A stretch of DNA of 61,771 nt, the filler included, from Sphacelaria rigidula (Eukaryota), in NCBI GenBank assembly GCA_964200075.2. It is 11 parts of 11 records of this genome, joined end to end, with 100 filler letters (N's around TTAATTAATTAA, not from the genome) between each part and the next. Parts side by side here need not be neighbours in the genome. Positions count along the whole stretch, not along the records: positions 56,248 to 61,771 come from CAXNAA020026635.1; 10 more parts are not named here. The stretch is one strand, 5' to 3'. Below, in pieces: positions 59,474 to 61,771 of the stretch; the first letter of the stretch is position 1, and the number at the start of each line of letters is the position of its first letter. The translations under genes and the position numbers were made by a program. Below the pieces are notes generated by a model. It ran no database searches and was not told the DNA's origin. It was given only the letters and a program-made list of their open reading frames with translations.

Positions 59474-61700
59474 ATAGTACCTTGCCACTCTACGTACTTC
59501 GTTAGAAGTGTCTGGTCTTGTTTGAGTTGCCAGCCACATCAGCGACCCTACTAACTCCCGAACTGAAATGTCGTGCCTTGCGCTTCAACACTGAACTCTT
59601 CAAGCTTCACACCTGCAGCGATGGGGTACGCTTTTCCCACTCTACACCGTACTCCTTCGCCAACTCTTCAGCAAAATTCTGTTGTGAAATAGTCAGTACC
59701 CCTTCCTCAATGCCTCTCTTGTAGTACAACCCAGAACACCAACGCAAATCCCCAAGATTCTTGACTGGCACCATCGTGTCGAGGTTCTTGCCAAACTCAT
59801 TACATCTTTACTTCTCTCCTATAGGGAATATGCCGTCCATGTGCACCACAACGGTGGTGATGACCACCCTATCACCCTCCATCAAAGGAAACACGCATGA
59901 ATCTGCCAAGTACTGGTCAAATCCTAGGGCCATCAGACATTCCGCCAAGTGATTGTGCCATTACCTCGAGGCCTTCTTTAATCGATATAAATGTTTGCTA
60001 AGTCTCACTACCATACCAGATAAACTACCACAATCAGGCGGAAATCGCGTAAATATTCTCTGATCCAACTCAGATCGCACGAAAGCCTGCTCAACATCAA
60101 AATGACTGAATGCGAGATCCTGTTCACAGGTCATGGCTGCCAACAAACGTACACTTGGCACGGCTACAGTCGGGGCATACAATTCTCCAAAGTCTATGTC
60201 TGGTCTCTGCGTACATACTCTTGCTACAAGTCTCGACTGCATTTCCTTGGGCTACCCAAACCCATCTGCTTCCCAGTTAAACACCTATTCGACATAAATG
60301 TAATTCTCCACTGATTACCCCTCGGCGGTGTCGACCATTTCTACTTCCAGCGCTCCAGGCCACTCCCGCGCGATAGAGTCTTCCCATAGCTCTTCGTACT
60401 CGACCGCATCACCTGCGCTATAATGTCGGCACCTTGAGGTCCTTCGCTGGGCATTGAAGCTCCGGTGGGGTATGCGGCGGACGCTTCTCGCGCATGGCGG
60501 CATCACTGTCTGCAAGCATCGTCATCCTAGCTTTATGCCACATCGGAATCTCTCCGCGCGCCCCTTCTCTAACACCCTACTCCTGTCGCTGGGCATCGAC
60601 GATGCCGCGCGTGGGGAGAACGGATAGCAAATATCTCTTGTGTATTTGCTTCATCCATCCTAGATTCGGGTGCATGATGGATCTCTTGTCGACCTTGTAT
60701 TGTGCCGTCCTTGACCGTGTGTTCCCAGGCTACCGACGGTCTGTTTCCAGATCCACTTCTTGCCGTACGTCATTCGGAGCGACAAGAAAGAGGGATTCGG
60801 CATTCTAGAAGTGGTTGATGAATGAGGCGGCGCCGTAGGGAAATCTTCTGTGCTGATGGCAGCGGCTGTAGTGTTGGGAAGGTCGACGAAAGCGGCAGCG
60901 GCTGCGGCTTGTCGGCGGCTTGTCGGCAAAGTCGGCGGAGTCGGCGGGAGCAGCTGCGGCTGCAGCTGCGGGGACTCGATACCATCTTGTAATATGTTGG
61001 CGGCAGCGGTCGAAGTGTCGTCGAAGTCGACGGTAGCGGCAGCAGCGGCTACAGCGTTGTCGGTGGTGGTGTCGGTGCGGTCGACGGGAGCGGCAGCGGC
61101 TACGGCGTTGCCGTGGAAGTGCCAGCGGAGTTAGCGGAGTCAGCGGCAGCGTCTCCATGAGCCCGGATGCCACCGTGTAAGGTGTCACCGGCAGCGGCCG
61201 TAATTTCGGCGAAGTCGATGAGAGTGGGAGCGACTGCGGCTGCGGCGCTCTCGGTGAAGGTGTCGGGGAAGTCCGCGGCAGCGACAGCGCGGCAACGGCA
61301 GCGGGGGCTCGTGTACCACCGTGTAATGTGTTGGCGGTAGCGGCGGTGGAGTTGGCGAGTCGACGGAAGTGCCAGTGGCTGTGGCTTTGTCGGTGGAGGT
61401 GTCGGTAAAGTTGGCGACAGCGGCAGCGGCTTGCGGTGTTGTTGGCGGCGATGTCAGCGAAGTCAGCGGCACCGGCAGCGGCGACTGGAAGTCTCCTCGT
61501 GTGACGCTGCACAATCGGCGGATCGGCGACGGTAGTACCTTCGTCCCTCCTCCTGCCGGCGAGCTCCGATTGCGTAAGGGACACACGCGGGACATCCCAC
61601 ACAAAAGATACGACGTTTGCTGGGGAAGCGGACTGGACACAATACCTAGAGGGAAGGTACAACACTAGCCGGGGAAGCGGGCTGGACACAAACACCGATA

Positions 61701-61771
61701 GACACTTTCTACGATAGCCCCCCCCCCAAAACTAGCTAAAAGTGTCACGAAAAAAATGGCCATACAGCGCC
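61701..61771. mobile_element. Left end of a MITE of the 2048-2299 family
   Basis: GACACTTTCTACGATAGCCCCCC…ATGGCCATACAGCGCC. Confidence 0.85.

Larger units (their letters stand above)
58430..61640 (-). mobile_element. Second Ty1/copia element (linker, RT, RNase H), heavily degenerate with two MITE insertions
   Basis: SRLVAR…YAPT…HFDVEQAFV…LYRLKKASR; QKC…STTEAEY…EDNQGAI…HFVRE; RT before RNase H in copia order. Confidence 0.92.

Noticed and set aside
60805..61695. 296-aa low-complexity ORF as an independent gene
   Set aside because: Stop-poor GC-rich repeat inside the copia element.
1..61771. Co-occurrence of HMG, ankyrin, GT54, CRT-like and ABCG genes as a cluster, and the 5625-bp periodic TTAATTAATTAA motif
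   Set aside because: Contigs are concatenated by length with artificial spacers, so adjacency and periodicity are artefacts.

Overview
This is eukaryotic, intron-rich and repeat-rich DNA. A brown-algal (Phaeophyceae-like stramenopile) origin is inferred from splice style, gene families and TTAGGG-like motifs, but is not proven. The window is not one locus. It is 11 unrelated contigs of 5525/5524 bp joined by 100-bp N spacers carrying TTAATTAATTAA, so no synteny can be read across spacers. Spliced host-gene fragments that could be reconstructed are a DEK/SAP-like + HMG-box protein, an ankyrin-repeat protein, a GT54/MGAT4-like glycosyltransferase, a CRT-like transporter and an ABCG transporter. 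Mobile DNA dominates: two degenerate Ty1/copia elements, an intron-containing Sola2-like transposase, and MITEs with mariner/Stowaway, piggyBac, Sola, Ginger and hAT-like ends. There are also tRNA-derived SINE heads and an unclassified ~1.4 kb repeat covering roughly 10% of the window. The most interesting signal is a LINE family ending in ATGAGTAC with no poly(A) tail, which appears to insert specifically next to C-tracts (C-rich TSDs seen) and shares its 3' end with a second, partner repeat. Most short ORFs in the supplied track are spurious.
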